A DNA stretch of 64,000 nucleotides, taken from assembly GCA_963823255.1 (NCBI GenBank), contig CAWGKU010000004.1, positions 35,112 through 99,111 of the forward strand, given 5' to 3'. Below, in pieces: positions 17,446 to 27,852 of the stretch. The notes beneath the pieces are model-generated. The model was not told the origin of the DNA and searched no databases. It saw nothing but the letters and a program-made list of their open reading frames with translations. The translations under genes were made by a program, and so were the position numbers. Each line of letters opens with the position of its first letter. The first letter of the stretch is position 1. Source of the stretch: an uncultured Actinomycetes bacterium. GTDB taxonomy: Bacteria; Actinomycetota; UBA4738; HRBIN12.

Positions 17446-19259
17446 GTGCCACCGCGATCGACGAGGCGCCGGTGGAAGCTCCGGGCCGCGAGGAGCTCCC
17501 GATCCCCGAGCACCTCAGGAGCGCGTGGCGCGTCCTGATTGCCGGGCTCCGGCTCAGCCCGGAGCTGCGCCGGGGTCTGGTCCTCACGGTCGTCGTCTCG
17601 CTCGGCGCCGTCGCGGGCAACCTCGTCGTTCCGATTCTGGTGCAGCAGATCTTCGACCACGGGTTCGAGGGCGGATTCCGCCCGGGGTTCGTCTTCGGGC
17701 TCTGCGGCGCGGCGTTCGCGCTGGTCTTCGTCGCGTTCGTCGCGGGCCGGGCGGCGGCGCGCCGGCTGGTGCGGGCCTCCGAGGAGGCGCTGATGGCGCT
17801 CCGCGTGCGGGGATTCGAGCACATCCACCAGCTCTCGATCGCAACGCAGTCGCGGGAGCGCCGGGGCGTGTTCGTGGCGCGCGTGACCGCGGACGTCGAC
17901 ACATTGTCCGAGTTCACCGAGGAGGGCGGAATCGAGTGGATCTGGGCGGTCCTGCAGATCTCGGCGACGCTCTTAATAATGCTTCTGTACTCGTGGCAGC
18001 TCACGATCCCCGTCGTCCTGATGGTCGCACCCCTGCTGCTCGTCATGGGCAAGCTCCAGGGCAAGCTGTCTGAGGCGTACGACCTGGTGCGCGGGCGGGT
18101 CGGCGAGATGCTGGCCGAGGTCTCCGAGAGCGTGATGGGCGCCGACGTCGTGCGCGCCTACGGTCTCGAGGACCGAGTGGACCAGCGGGTCAAGCGCTCG
18201 ATCCACGACCGGTATCGGGCGCACGTCCTCGCGCACCTGCGGACGGCGAGGCTCTGGCCGATGGGAACGATCTTCTGGGGACTCGCGCTCTCGACGGTCA
18301 TCCTGGTCGGCGCGACCTTCGGACCCGATTGGGGGCTCACGTTCGGCACAGTGTCGGCGTTCCTGTTCCTCGCCGACCTGTTCCTGCACCCGTTCACCGA
18401 CCTGCCAGAGATCTACGCGCAGACCCAGACGGCGATCGCCGGGTGGCGCAAGATCCTCGCGCTGCTCGAGCTGCCGGTCGAGATCGCCGAGCCGACATCC
18501 GGGGTGACGCTGGGCCACGGGGCGCTCGCCGTGCGGGCGGAGCGCGTCTCGTACCGATACGGCGACGGGCCGGTGGTGCTCCGGGACGTGTCCTTCGAGG
18601 TGCCGGCGGGCGCGCACGTGGCGATCGTTGGCGAGACCGGCTCGGGAAAGACCACGTTCTGCAAGTTGCTCACACGGCTCGCGGATCCCCTGCGCGGTCG
18701 GTTCGAACTCGAGGGCGTCGACCTGCGCGAGGTTGCGCCGGCCTCGCGCAGGGGCGCTGTACGGATGGTGCCGCAGGACGGATTCCTGTTCGACCTCACG
18801 GTGCGCGAGAACGTCCGGGCGGGCCGCGAGGGCGCGACCGATCACGAGGTCGAGGCCGCGTTCGACGATCTCGGCCTCGGCGACTGGGTCGAGTCGCTGC
18901 CCACGGGCATCGACACGCGCGTGGGCGAGCGGGGCGAGTGGCTCTCGGTCGGCGAACGCCAGCTCGTCTCCCTCGCGAGGGCGCAGATCGGCAACCCGGG
19001 CGTGCTGATCCTCGACGAGGCCACGAGCGCCGTGGATCCCGCCACCGAACGACGGATCACCGAGGCGCTCCGTTGGCTGTCGGCGGGCCGCACCACGATC
19101 ACGATCGCACACCGCCTGAGCACGGCCGAGGACGCAAACGAGATCTTCGTCTTCGACGCCGGGCACATCGTGGAGCGCGGGACGCACACAGAGCTCGTCG
19201 AGGTCGGCGGGACCTACGCCGGCCTCTACCGCAGCTGGCTCGGGAACGTTCGAATCTGA
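17442..19259 (+). CDS. ABC exporter, fused permease/ATP-binding subunit (half-transporter 2, heterodimer partner)
   Basis: ATGA overlap with the upstream gene. Walker A GETGSGKTT, signature LSVGERQLVSLARAQ, Walker B LILDEATSAVD. Confidence 0.9.
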   Translation: MSATAIDEAPVEAPGREELPIPEHLRSAWRVLIAGLRLSPELRRGLVLTVVVSLGAVAGNLVVPILVQQIFDHGFEGGFRPGFVFGLCGAAFALVFVAFVAGRAAARRLVRASEEALMALRVRGFEHIHQLSIATQSRERRGVFVARVTADVDTLSEFTEEGGIEWIWAVLQISATLLIMLLYSWQLTIPVVLMVAPLLLVMGKLQGKLSEAYDLVRGRVGEMLAEVSESVMGADVVRAYGLEDRVDQRVKRSIHDRYRAHVLAHLRTARLWPMGTIFWGLALSTVILVGATFGPDWGLTFGTVSAFLFLADLFLHPFTDLPEIYAQTQTAIAGWRKILALLELPVEIAEPTSGVTLGHGALAVRAERVSYRYGDGPVVLRDVSFEVPAGAHVAIVGETGSGKTTFCKLLTRLADPLRGRFELEGVDLREVAPASRRGAVRMVPQDGFLFDLTVRENVRAGREGATDHEVEAAFDDLGLGDWVESLPTGIDTRVGERGEWLSVGERQLVSLARAQIGNPGVLILDEATSAVDPATERRITEALRWLSAGRTTITIAHRLSTAEDANEIFVFDAGHIVERGTHTELVEVGGTYAGLYRSWLGNVRI

Positions 19260-19270
19260 GCCGCGAGCGT

Positions 19271-19300
19271 CTCGATCAATGACACGCGGTTCGCTGCCCG
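19271..19300. repeat. Interspersed repeat, short form (CTCGATCAATGACACGCGGTTCGCTGCCCG), just after ABC gene stop
   Basis: Matches the short form at 62881..62910 and the 3' module of the long-form copies. Confidence 0.6.
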
Positions 19301-19752
19301 TGAGTCCGACTCTGCTTGGATACGCTGCCACCGATCTACGGCCGAAGTCGGCAATGACTCCCTTCCTGTGTCCTCAACCTCCTCGGGGTGCCACGCGCAT
19401 GCTTCGCCGCTCCGACGCGAGGGGACAGAGTCGGCCCCTGGGATCGGCGCAAGGTCACGGCGCGGGCGAACCGCTGGCGGGAGGAGTAGACCCAGGTTGC
19501 CACGATTGTGCAGGGAAAGATCGACTTCGCCAGAGAAGCAGACCTTCGCTCGGCTTGGGAAGGACCCACGGCCCGCGATCCCCAGCTGGTCTTCGTGGAT
19601 CAAACCGAACCGACGGCGAGCGGACAGCGGTACCTCCCGTGCGAGCTCGTGAAGAATAGGGCGCGAGGGTGGCATCGATGTGCATTCGCCGCGTACAAGT
19701 GTGTCTCAGGGCTGGCAGGCGCCGGCCCAAGTCGCCGCAAGAGAGAGGGGAC

Positions 19753-19940
19753 GTGAAGAAGGCACTCGCTGTCGCTCTAATCGTCGGGTTCCTGCTGGTG
19801 GACTTCCTCTTCTTCCACGACATCTTCAAGGCAGGAGAGGTCGGACGTTCGCGCAGTACCTCACCGGAGCGCTAAGCATCCCCGTGCTCGTCTTCTCCGC
19901 GTTCTTCCTCTTGCGAGGCACCCACGCCGGACAGAAGTAG
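19753..19940 (+). CDS. Possible small 2-TM membrane protein, apparently frameshifted
   Basis: GTG start: VKKALAVALIVGFLLVDFLFFHDIFKAGEV. It continues in the +1 frame as FAQYLTGALSIPVLVFSAFFLLRGTHAGQK, with the indel near 19840. Confidence 0.25.
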
Positions 19941-20003
19941 TTCCGCCTCCCCGTCGTGAGTTGGTCCTCGAGCAGTCCATCCCTTCGCCGCGATCGCGAC
20001 AGA

Positions 20004-20070
20004 CTCCGTGCCTGCGCCACCCAACCCTCTCGATCCGCCGATTGTGCTCCACAGAGACGACACGATCCAC
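20004..20070. repeat. Interspersed repeat copy (5' module + variable spacer), in 5' UTR of M20 peptidase gene
   Basis: CCGTGCCTGCGCCACCCAACCCTCTCGATCCGCCGATTGTGCTCCACAGAGACGACACGATCC aligns with the copies at 52150, 53520, 55030 and 55710. Confidence 0.7.
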
Positions 20071-20208
20071 GCGGTCGAAGGTCCAGTTACGACGCCTACA
20101 CGAAGCAACTGCGTTTGCCATGCTCCGGCATCAGCTGCGGATCCTTGACCGGCGGGAGCCCTGAATGATGCTCCTGCCGGACTGAGGACGGCTGGTACCC
20201 TCCGCGCC

Positions 20209-21582
20209 ATGACGACCCACGCACACGATCACGGCGCCCACGGGAGCGGCCCGCCGTTGGCCTCGGAGCTGGAACCTCCAAAGCATGCGTTCGACGGAGT
20301 TGGGCATCCGGCCCACACCGTCCTCGCCCACGAGGACGAGCTCGAGCGCGAGCTCCACCACGCCGTCGCCGCCGAGGCGCCGGCGATCGAAGACCTCCTT
20401 CGGACCCTGATCGAGCAGCCGACGACGTTGGGGAACGAGGAGGCCGGCCAGGCCGTGATGCGAGACGCGCTGCGGGATCTCGGCCTCGAGCCGGTCAACG
20501 TGCCGATGGACTCCGAAGGGTTACGCGCCCACCCCGCCGCCGCCCCCTTCGACTGGGACGTGGAGGGAAAGGCCAACGTCGTCGCGACGTGGGGTCGGGA
20601 CGGCGGCGGTCGCTCGTTGATCCTGAACGGGCACATCGACGTCGTCCCGCCTGACCCGATCCCCGAATGGTCGCAACCGCCCTTCTCGGCGACCCGGGAC
20701 GGGGACTGGATCCACGGGCGCGGCGCGGCCGACATGAAGTGCGGGCTCGCGGCGATCGTCGGAGCGGTGCGGGCGATCCGCCGCTTGGGCCTGGAGCCCA
20801 CGGCGCGGGTCCACATCGAGTCGGTGGTCGAAGAGGAGTGCACGGGCAATGGCACGCTCGCCACGGTGATGTCGGGCTACACGGCCGACGCGGCCGTGAT
20901 CGCGGAGCCGTTCGGCGCCGCGATCACGACGTCGCAGGTCGGGGTGCTGTGGTTCCACGTCCGCGTGCTCGGGACGGCCGGCCACGCGGCCGATGGGGCC
21001 CGCGGCGGGAACGCGATCGAGCGGAGCTTCGACGTGATGCGGGGGCTTCGAGGCCTCGAGGCAGAGCTCAACACCGCTCCGCCGTCGCCCTATGACGCTC
21101 TGACGCACCCGATAAATCTCAACGTGGGTGCGATCCGCGGCGGCGAGTGGACGTCGACGGTCCCGTTCTCATGCGAGACCTCGTACCGGATCGCCTTCTA
21201 CCCGGGCACGTCGGTCGACGACGTGCGCGAGCGGATCGAGGCCGTGGTACGCCACTCGGCGGTCGGCTCGGGTCCCGCTCCCGAGGTCCGGTACGCCGGT
21301 CTCGCCTCGGAAGGCTACGAGCTCGACGAGGCTCATCCGCTCGTGACCACGCTCGCCGCGGCGTTCGCGCGCGGCACCGGGGAGCCGCCGGAGCTTGTCG
21401 CCACGACCGGGACCACGGACGCCGTCGTGCTCGGCGCCGCCGGGCGCACCCCCGCGGTGTGCTTCGGACCGTACGCCGAAGGCGCCCATGGGGTGGACGA
21501 ACGGGTGTGGTTCCCATCGGTGGTGCAGACGGCCCAGGTCATGGCATCGTTCGTCCGGGACTGGTGCGGGCTGTCCGGCTGA
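20209..21582 (+). CDS. M20-family metallopeptidase (ArgE/DapE/acetylornithine deacetylase-like amidohydrolase)
   Basis: NGHIDVVPP, GRGAADMKCGLAA and GEW...P motifs. His-rich N-terminal extension, so the true start may be downstream. Confidence 0.8.
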   Translation: MTTHAHDHGAHGSGPPLASELEPPKHAFDGVGHPAHTVLAHEDELERELHHAVAAEAPAIEDLLRTLIEQPTTLGNEEAGQAVMRDALRDLGLEPVNVPMDSEGLRAHPAAAPFDWDVEGKANVVATWGRDGGGRSLILNGHIDVVPPDPIPEWSQPPFSATRDGDWIHGRGAADMKCGLAAIVGAVRAIRRLGLEPTARVHIESVVEEECTGNGTLATVMSGYTADAAVIAEPFGAAITTSQVGVLWFHVRVLGTAGHAADGARGGNAIERSFDVMRGLRGLEAELNTAPPSPYDALTHPINLNVGAIRGGEWTSTVPFSCETSYRIAFYPGTSVDDVRERIEAVVRHSAVGSGPAPEVRYAGLASEGYELDEAHPLVTTLAAAFARGTGEPPELVATTGTTDAVVLGAAGRTPAVCFGPYAEGAHGVDERVWFPSVVQTAQVMASFVRDWCGLSG

Positions 21583-21643
21583 TCCGGGCGCGTCGCACCG
21601 CCCCCGTGGGTCGGCCGTCGCTGGGCGAGGGGGGTCGCAGGAA

Positions 21644-23107
21644 ATGGGTCACACGCGGACGACGCTTCGAGGCGTCCCGGAGATCCGCCGGTTCTTCCGA
21701 ACGAACGAGATCCCGATCTACTTCGTGAGCGCGACGGCCTTCAACCTCCTCGGGATCGATCGATGGGTCGGCAACTTCCGGTTCGTGAACTACTACGACT
21801 CGTTCGACGGCCAACATCCGAACGTCTTCGTTCCCGCCGAGCGCGAGCCGCGCCCGTTCACCTCGATCGAGGAGATCGTCAACTACCTCCTCGGGCACAA
21901 GGAGGTCGTCGACTGGGTGCGAGGAAGGGGGGGCGGCAGGGCCACGTTCCTGATGTTTGACGAGGAGACGGAGGCGCTGGCGCACGAGCTCGGCCTGGAG
22001 GTCGCGTTCCCCCCCGCGTCGCTCCGGCACCGGCTCGACTCGAAGATCGTGACGACACGGCTCGGCAACGACGCGGGCGTCCCGAGCGTGCCGAACGTGC
22101 TCGGCCGCGCGACCAGCTACCGGGACCTCCTCGAGCTGGCCGACCGCGCCGGGCTCGGACACGACCTGGTCGTCCAGCTGGCGTACGGCGACTCAGGCCA
22201 GACCACGTTCTTCGTCGCGGACGAACCCGGGTGGGCGCAGCATCGAGCGGAGATGGTGGACGAGGAACTGAAGGTGATGAAGCGGATCGAACCGCGGGAA
22301 GCGGCGATCGAAGGCGTCGTCACGCGGCATGGGACGTTGGTCGGCCCGCTGATGACGGAGCTCGCCGGGTTCACGGAACTGACGCCGTATCCGGGGGGTT
22401 GGTGCGGCAACGACGTCTTCGCGGGCGTCCTCACCGAGGCCCACCGCCGCAAGGCACGGGCGTACACCCAGGCCATGGGCGAGCGCCTGCGGCGGGAAGG
22501 CTACCGAGGCTACTTCGAGATCGACTTCCTGGCCGACGCGGCGACCGGCGAGCTCTACCTGGGCGAGTTGAACCCCCGGGTCACCGGCGCGTCGAGCATC
22601 ACCAACGTGACCGCCGTCGCCTACGGCGACATGCCGCTGTTCCTGTTCCACCTCCTGGAGTTCATGGACGTCGACTACGAGATCGATGTCGACGAGCTGA
22701 ACGAGCGATGGACGGATCCGGCCAGCATCGACGCGTGGTCCCAGTTCGTCATGAAGCAGAGCGAGGACGTCGTCGAGCTGATCACCGCGGCGCCGGCCTC
22801 CGGTCGCTGGCACCTCGACCCGGGGGGGCCCCGCTTCGTCCGGCCGGACGTCGATTGGCACACGATCGGCGATCGTGACGACGCCTTCTATCTCCGCATC
22901 GCGGGGGCGGGCCACTATCGATACAAGGGCGCCGACCTCGGGATCCTGGTGACGAGGGGCCGGTTGATGGACGACGACTACGAGCTCACGGACCGCGCCC
23001 GGGCCTGGATCTCGGGCATCAAGGCCGCCTTCCGCGGCGTCCCGGTCGAGGAGGAAATGCCCCCATCGCTCCCCGTGCTGGAGCCGTTCGGCTTCAAGAT
23101 GTTGTAG
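21644..23107 (+). CDS. ATP-grasp ligase with pre-ATP-grasp N-terminal domain (PGM1-like peptide ligase family)
   Basis: 487 aa. N-terminus EIPIYFVSATAFNLLGIDRWVGNFRFVNYYDSF (pre-ATP-grasp). Central ATP-grasp pattern (GYRGYFEIDFL...GELYLGELNPRVTGAS). Confidence 0.65.
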   Translation: MGHTRTTLRGVPEIRRFFRTNEIPIYFVSATAFNLLGIDRWVGNFRFVNYYDSFDGQHPNVFVPAEREPRPFTSIEEIVNYLLGHKEVVDWVRGRGGGRATFLMFDEETEALAHELGLEVAFPPASLRHRLDSKIVTTRLGNDAGVPSVPNVLGRATSYRDLLELADRAGLGHDLVVQLAYGDSGQTTFFVADEPGWAQHRAEMVDEELKVMKRIEPREAAIEGVVTRHGTLVGPLMTELAGFTELTPYPGGWCGNDVFAGVLTEAHRRKARAYTQAMGERLRREGYRGYFEIDFLADAATGELYLGELNPRVTGASSITNVTAVAYGDMPLFLFHLLEFMDVDYEIDVDELNERWTDPASIDAWSQFVMKQSEDVVELITAAPASGRWHLDPGGPRFVRPDVDWHTIGDRDDAFYLRIAGAGHYRYKGADLGILVTRGRLMDDDYELTDRARAWISGIKAAFRGVPVEEEMPPSLPVLEPFGFKML

Positions 23108-23136
23108 GGAGGCACCGAGTTCTCTTCGATAAGCGC

Positions 23137-24133
23137 ATGCGATCGATCACGTTCACCTTCCGAGCGATGCAGGAGCCGGAGCCCGGCCCGAAGTGGCAGG
23201 GCGTGTTCGAGCAGCACTGGGCCGCCTACCGGCAGTGGTTCCTCGCCGAGGGCGAGGGGGCGCGAGCGTCCTACGCGACCTCGGCGAGGATGCTGCGCGC
23301 GCACATGCCGGAGCTGTACCCGGTCTACGAGCGCCTGGTGGAGCTCTCGGGAGGAGGCGACCTCGCGGCCCGGATGCTCTCGATCTACAAGCCGCCGCCC
23401 TACCTCGCCGCGTGCACGCAGGGCGTGTGGACACGCACCGGCCACCCGGTGCTCGTCCGGAACTACGACTACTCGCCCTCCCATCTCGAGGGGCTGATCT
23501 GGCACAGCCGTCTCCTCGGCCGGCGAGTGATCGCGATGAGCGACTGCCTCTGGGGTGTGCTCGACGGGATGAACGAGGACGGGCTGGCGGTTTCGCTCAC
23601 GTTCGGAGGGCGCCGCGTGCTGGGTGACGGGTTCGGGATCCCCTTGATCCTTCGATACGTGCTCGAGACCTGTTCAACGGCGGCCGAGGCTCAGGAGGTC
23701 CTCGCACGGCTCCCGTGCAACCTTGCGCACAACGTCACGATGGTCGACCGCTCCGGCGACGTGGTGACCGCGTTCCTGTCTCCGGATCGCGAGCCGGTCC
23801 TCAGCCGGTCGCCGGTCGCAACCAACCATCAGGGCTTCGTCGACTGGCCGGAGCAGGCGCGCGCGACCCGCACGCTCGAGCGCGAGCGGGATGTGCTCGA
23901 GCTGTTGCATCGTCCTCACATGACGGTAGGACGAGTTCGCCGATGCGTTCCTTCGCCCGGGGCTGTTCAGCCGAGCGTACGACCGCGGCTTCGGCACGCT
24001 CTACACGGCCGTCTACCGGGTCACCGAGTCGCGCGCCGAGTACCGGTGGCCGACCTTCACGTGGCCGCAGAGCTTCGACGTCTTCGACGAGGGTCTGCAC
24101 GAGGAGACGCTCGCCGAGGGTTCGGTCGCGTAG
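23137..24133 (+). CDS. C45-family NTN hydrolase (acyl-CoA:6-APA acyltransferase-like), apparent frameshift near 23930
   Basis: The first ~265 aa are C45-like (Cys nucleophile in LAACTQG). The last ~66 aa (DEFADAFLRPGLFSRAYDRGFGTLYTAVYRV...) continue in another frame. Together they make a typical ~330-aa protein. Confidence 0.6.
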
Positions 24134-24406
24134 CCGCGCCCTCGAGCTCAGGCGAGGTACGAAGCCGGTCGTCGACGAAGCCGTCCAGACAGCCCTTCCG
24201 AGTCCACCAGGGGCAGCCTCGGCCGCGTTCGACGCGGGGACGACCACGCCTCCGGGGCGAGGCCCGATCACCCGCAGGCTGGAACGGACGTCGAGTCGTC
24301 CTAACGGTTGGGGGCCCTTCGGCCCTCGGGGGGGCCCGCCCGCGTGCCTAGGGTGGAGGTGGTTCATCGAGGGGCAGTGGTTGCCCCGGTTGCGAAAGGA
24401 GTGGAG

Positions 24407-24841
24407 ATGGCTGCCATCAGTGCTACCAAGCCGTACGTCGTGGCTGACGGCGCCGTGGCGCCCGCGGTGGCGCCTCAGGTCGAAACACGAACGGGATGGG
24501 TCACGTTCGCCGGGATCGTGTTGCTGGTCGGCGCCGTGGCGAACTTCTTCTGGGGGCTCGCCGCGCTCGACAGCAAGGCGTACCTCGACGAGAGTGGGTT
24601 GCTGTACGGGACCCTGGAGACGTGGGGCTGGATCGCGGTCGGCTGGAGCGCCCTGCTGGCGATCGGCGGCATCCTGCTGCTCGCGCGGACCGGGGTCGGG
24701 CCCGTCGTCGGGATCATCCTCGCGGCCGTCAGCTGCTTCTTCTGGCTGTTCGCGCTGCCCGTGATGCCGTTCTACGCGATGACCGTCATCCTGATCGACC
24801 TCTTCGTGATCTACGGTCTCGCGGCGCACTCGACGGAGTAG
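24407..24841 (+). CDS. DUF7144-family membrane protein (4 TM)
   Basis: RBS AAAGGAGTGGAG. WVTFAGIVLLVGAVANFFWGLAALDSKAYL...LETWGWIAVGWSALLAIGGILLL...VMPFYAMTVILIDLFVIYGLAAH matches the conserved DUF7144 architecture. Confidence 0.7.
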   Translation: MAAISATKPYVVADGAVAPAVAPQVETRTGWVTFAGIVLLVGAVANFFWGLAALDSKAYLDESGLLYGTLETWGWIAVGWSALLAIGGILLLARTGVGPVVGIILAAVSCFFWLFALPVMPFYAMTVILIDLFVIYGLAAHSTE

Positions 24842-26097
24842 GACGACCACTCCGTCACGACGTCGGCTCGCGCGAGAGCACTCGGGCGAGCCGACGTCCG
24901 TATGGGGATGGAACCCGAGGATGTCTACCGTAGCGATGTCGCCGGGTGCGACGGTGCGACCTTGGCCGAGCAGATCCCGGCGACGCCCTTGGCCATCGAG
25001 ACGATCGTGAGGATCGGCGGTTGAGCAGACCGCCGGAAGCTGCGATCTCGCCCGCCTCCTCAGCCCAGAACCGCGATGCCCTCGAGGGTCGCTCCAGCGC
25101 CCTCCGTCGCTGGTCGCTCTACTCGCGGGCGGAGCCCCCAGAGCAGCTCGTCGAGATCGCCGTTCGTCGGCATGGCAGTAGATGTCCGTTGAGCCCGCGC
25201 CACGTTGGAGCGCTCGCGCTCACCATGCTCGCCGGGAGCCAAGTCGGATATCGTGATCGAGCAATCGACGAACCGCGCGTCGAACCGCGCGGGAGATGTC
25301 AAGGTTGCCGTCCACTCGGGCGGGCTCAACGTTCACCATCCCACTTGCTGTGCCACTGGGCGCCCGCGTGAGACCGGCCGCCGACTGACAGCACCGGTCG
25401 CGCTTCGACATCTAGGGTGGACCTATCTCCCAGTCGGGGGATTCCTGAGTCAGGGTATGTCGAGTCGACGGGAACCTCGGGCGCAGGCTCCGAACCTGGG
25501 GCGACCGGTGCTGGTGCCACCCCCGATCGGTACCTCGGATCGGCGACCGTCACGATCACCTGGGCGATCGGGTAGCGCAAACGGGCAAGACGCCTGCGAC
25601 GGGTCTGGTTGCAGATGGCCCTTCGTCGGCGGCCAGCATGCCGGGGTCGTGCAATGCCGCGGTCGTTGACTGGTCTCACGAGGTCGAGCGGAGCCGGGAC
25701 TTCCGGACGAGGCTCTGAGGGAGTTCGCGGATGGGTGCGGGAACTGAATCGCGGGACGTGGGCGCGGCGAATGGAACCATCTCCAGCACGGAGAAGTGGT
25801 GTTAGGGCGACAGATCGAGGTAAGGCGTGGAAGTCTTCGTGTAAGTCGTGGCGGCTACAATCCACGATGGCATCAAGAGTGGCTCGGCTCGATAGCCGAG
25901 CCCGGCAACCTGGGACGGACAACCCAAGGTGCCTTCCGCGGAAGCGGGGATGTGGCTCCACAAAGGGAGCAACAAAGTGTTCGAGGCGTGACTGCCTTCC
26001 GATGCTTCGGAGGCGGACCTTCTTCGTTCCGGAGCCGCTGCGCGCGGCCCCCCGTCCGTGACGTCACCAACGGCTCCCCGTCCGGAAGGAGGCGATC

Positions 26098-26553
26098 GTG
26101 GCGAAGCCATACTCATCCTGGTCCGGGCGGGAGATCATCCAACCGTCTGAGCTACGGCACTACCGGTTCGTCCGCGACGCTCGACGTGAAGACACCTACG
26201 AGGTCTGGCGCGACGACCACCTTGTCGTGGGCTCGGCCGTGGGCTTCGGGCTCGACCGCCTCACCGCCGACTACGTGCGCCGCGAGGAGGAGGAGCGCGA
26301 GACCGAGGCCGCCCAGCGGTCCGGTGATCCGCTCACGCTCTGCCGCCTCGGATGGCACCTCACCGACCCTGGGGTGTGGTTCCGCCTAGCGGCGGGGAAG
26401 TCGAACGATCTTTGGATCTATCGGGTCGGACCTGAGCCGTTCGACCATCTGTGCAGGACCATCTGGAGCTACGGCAACCCGCCGATTCCCTGCAACGCCT
26501 GCGGGCGTCCTATCGACCGGGACCACGCGAGACTAGACGAACCGGAATCGTAG
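26098..26553 (+). CDS. Hypothetical protein
   Basis: GTG start after RBS GGAAGGAGG. 151 aa, Trp/Tyr-rich, protein-like composition. No recognisable domain. Confidence 0.5.
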   Translation: MAKPYSSWSGREIIQPSELRHYRFVRDARREDTYEVWRDDHLVVGSAVGFGLDRLTADYVRREEEERETEAAQRSGDPLTLCRLGWHLTDPGVWFRLAAGKSNDLWIYRVGPEPFDHLCRTIWSYGNPPIPCNACGRPIDRDHARLDEPES

Positions 26554-26649
26554 ACGCACTTGTGCACGCTGATGCTCGCATTGAGTCGTCTCGATGCTCG
26601 CCCTAGCATCATGGTTGATCCCGATGACCCACGGTACGACGGCGAGGCC

Positions 26650-27852
26650 TCACGGCAGGTGCATGTATCCGTGGCGCACCTTCCAGAGGAAGTAGCGCTC
26701 GAACATGATCTTCCCGAGATGGTTCTGTGGTCCCGGGATCATCACGCCCCACTTCCGCGGGGGGAGCATCCGATCCGCGAGGATCGCCACGCCGTTGTTC
26801 CCCGCATCCATCACGCATACCGCCGGGATATCGGCGAAGTTCTCCTCGGTCGTGGGTTCCTCGCCACGCACCTGTGAGGCGATGTTGGCGGCGGCGACTC
26901 GTGCCATCGTCTCCGACGGGAACCCCGTCTTCGGCACCCCGACGGCGTTGAGCAGGTTCCATGGGGAGTTGACGGCGGCTGCGCCCCCGACGGCGTAGAC
27001 ATCCGGGTACTGCAGCGTCTGGTACGTGTCCTTCACGTCGATGAAGCCCCGTGGGTTGCCGATCCCCGACGCCGACACTGCTTCGGCACCGACGAACGGG
27101 GGCACGACCATCGCGTACCGGAAGGGGAACGTTCGGCCGTCCGTCAGGCGGAGCTGGCCGGGGCCGATCTCGTCCATCGCCACGTCGAATACACCCCGGA
27201 TGCCGGTCATCTTGAAGAACATCTCCAGCAACCTCTGGCCGCCCGCGAGCCCACCGATGCCGAAGTGCCCGGCGAACGGTTCCGCGCTGATGTAGTGGAG
27301 CGGAACCCGCTTCTGCAGCCCGTGCCGCTTCAGCTGATACGCGACGTTGAAGACGAACTCGTAGGCGGCGCCGAAACACGCGGCACCCTGTGTCGCTCCG
27401 ACGACGACCGGTCCAGGTTCGTTCACGAACCTGGACCATCCCTCGGCGGCATCGACGGCCCCCTCGAGCGCGGTGATCGAGTACGCGTTCCCCTCGGGTC
27501 CGAGGCCGGGGACCACGTCGAAGTCGTTCATGAAACCGGTGGCGATGATGAGGTAGTCGTAGCCGTGCACAGACCCGGTCGTCTCGACCTTTCGCGACGC
27601 CGGATCGATCTTGGTCACCTCGGCGTGGACGTACTCGATACCGTGCTCCTCGAGCATCCGAGCGATCGGAACCGAGATGTCCCGCGCCGTCCTCTTCCCG
27701 AACGGCACCCAGATGAGCGAGGGATAGAAGACGAACCGATCGGACTTCGACACAAGGGTCACGTCGACGTCGCCACCGAGTTCGCGCTTCATGGTGATGG
27801 CTGCCGTGAGCCCGGCGAAGTTCCCTCCGAGGACCAGCGCCTTCGGTGGCAT
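26650..27852 (-). CDS. FAD-dependent pyridine nucleotide-disulfide oxidoreductase (sulfide:quinone oxidoreductase / NDH-2-like)
   Basis: Dinucleotide-binding N-terminus KALVLGGNFAGLTAA. 400 aa. SQR-like flavoprotein pattern. Confidence 0.8.
   Translation of the reverse strand: MPPKALVLGGNFAGLTAAITMKRELGGDVDVTLVSKSDRFVFYPSLIWVPFGKRTARDISVPIARMLEEHGIEYVHAEVTKIDPASRKVETTGSVHGYDYLIIATGFMNDFDVVPGLGPEGNAYSITALEGAVDAAEGWSRFVNEPGPVVVGATQGAACFGAAYEFVFNVAYQLKRHGLQKRVPLHYISAEPFAGHFGIGGLAGGQRLLEMFFKMTGIRGVFDVAMDEIGPGQLRLTDGRTFPFRYAMVVPPFVGAEAVSASGIGNPRGFIDVKDTYQTLQYPDVYAVGGAAAVNSPWNLLNAVGVPKTGFPSETMARVAAANIASQVRGEEPTTEENFADIPAVCVMDAGNNGVAILADRMLPPRKWGVMIPGPQNHLGKIMFERYFLWKVRHGYMHLP

Noticed and set aside
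25060-25329. 89-aa minus-strand ORF between the DUF7144 gene and the 26098 gene.
   Set aside because: It has mixed composition, no RBS and no homology pattern, and it lies in a region with hairpins that is more likely non-coding.
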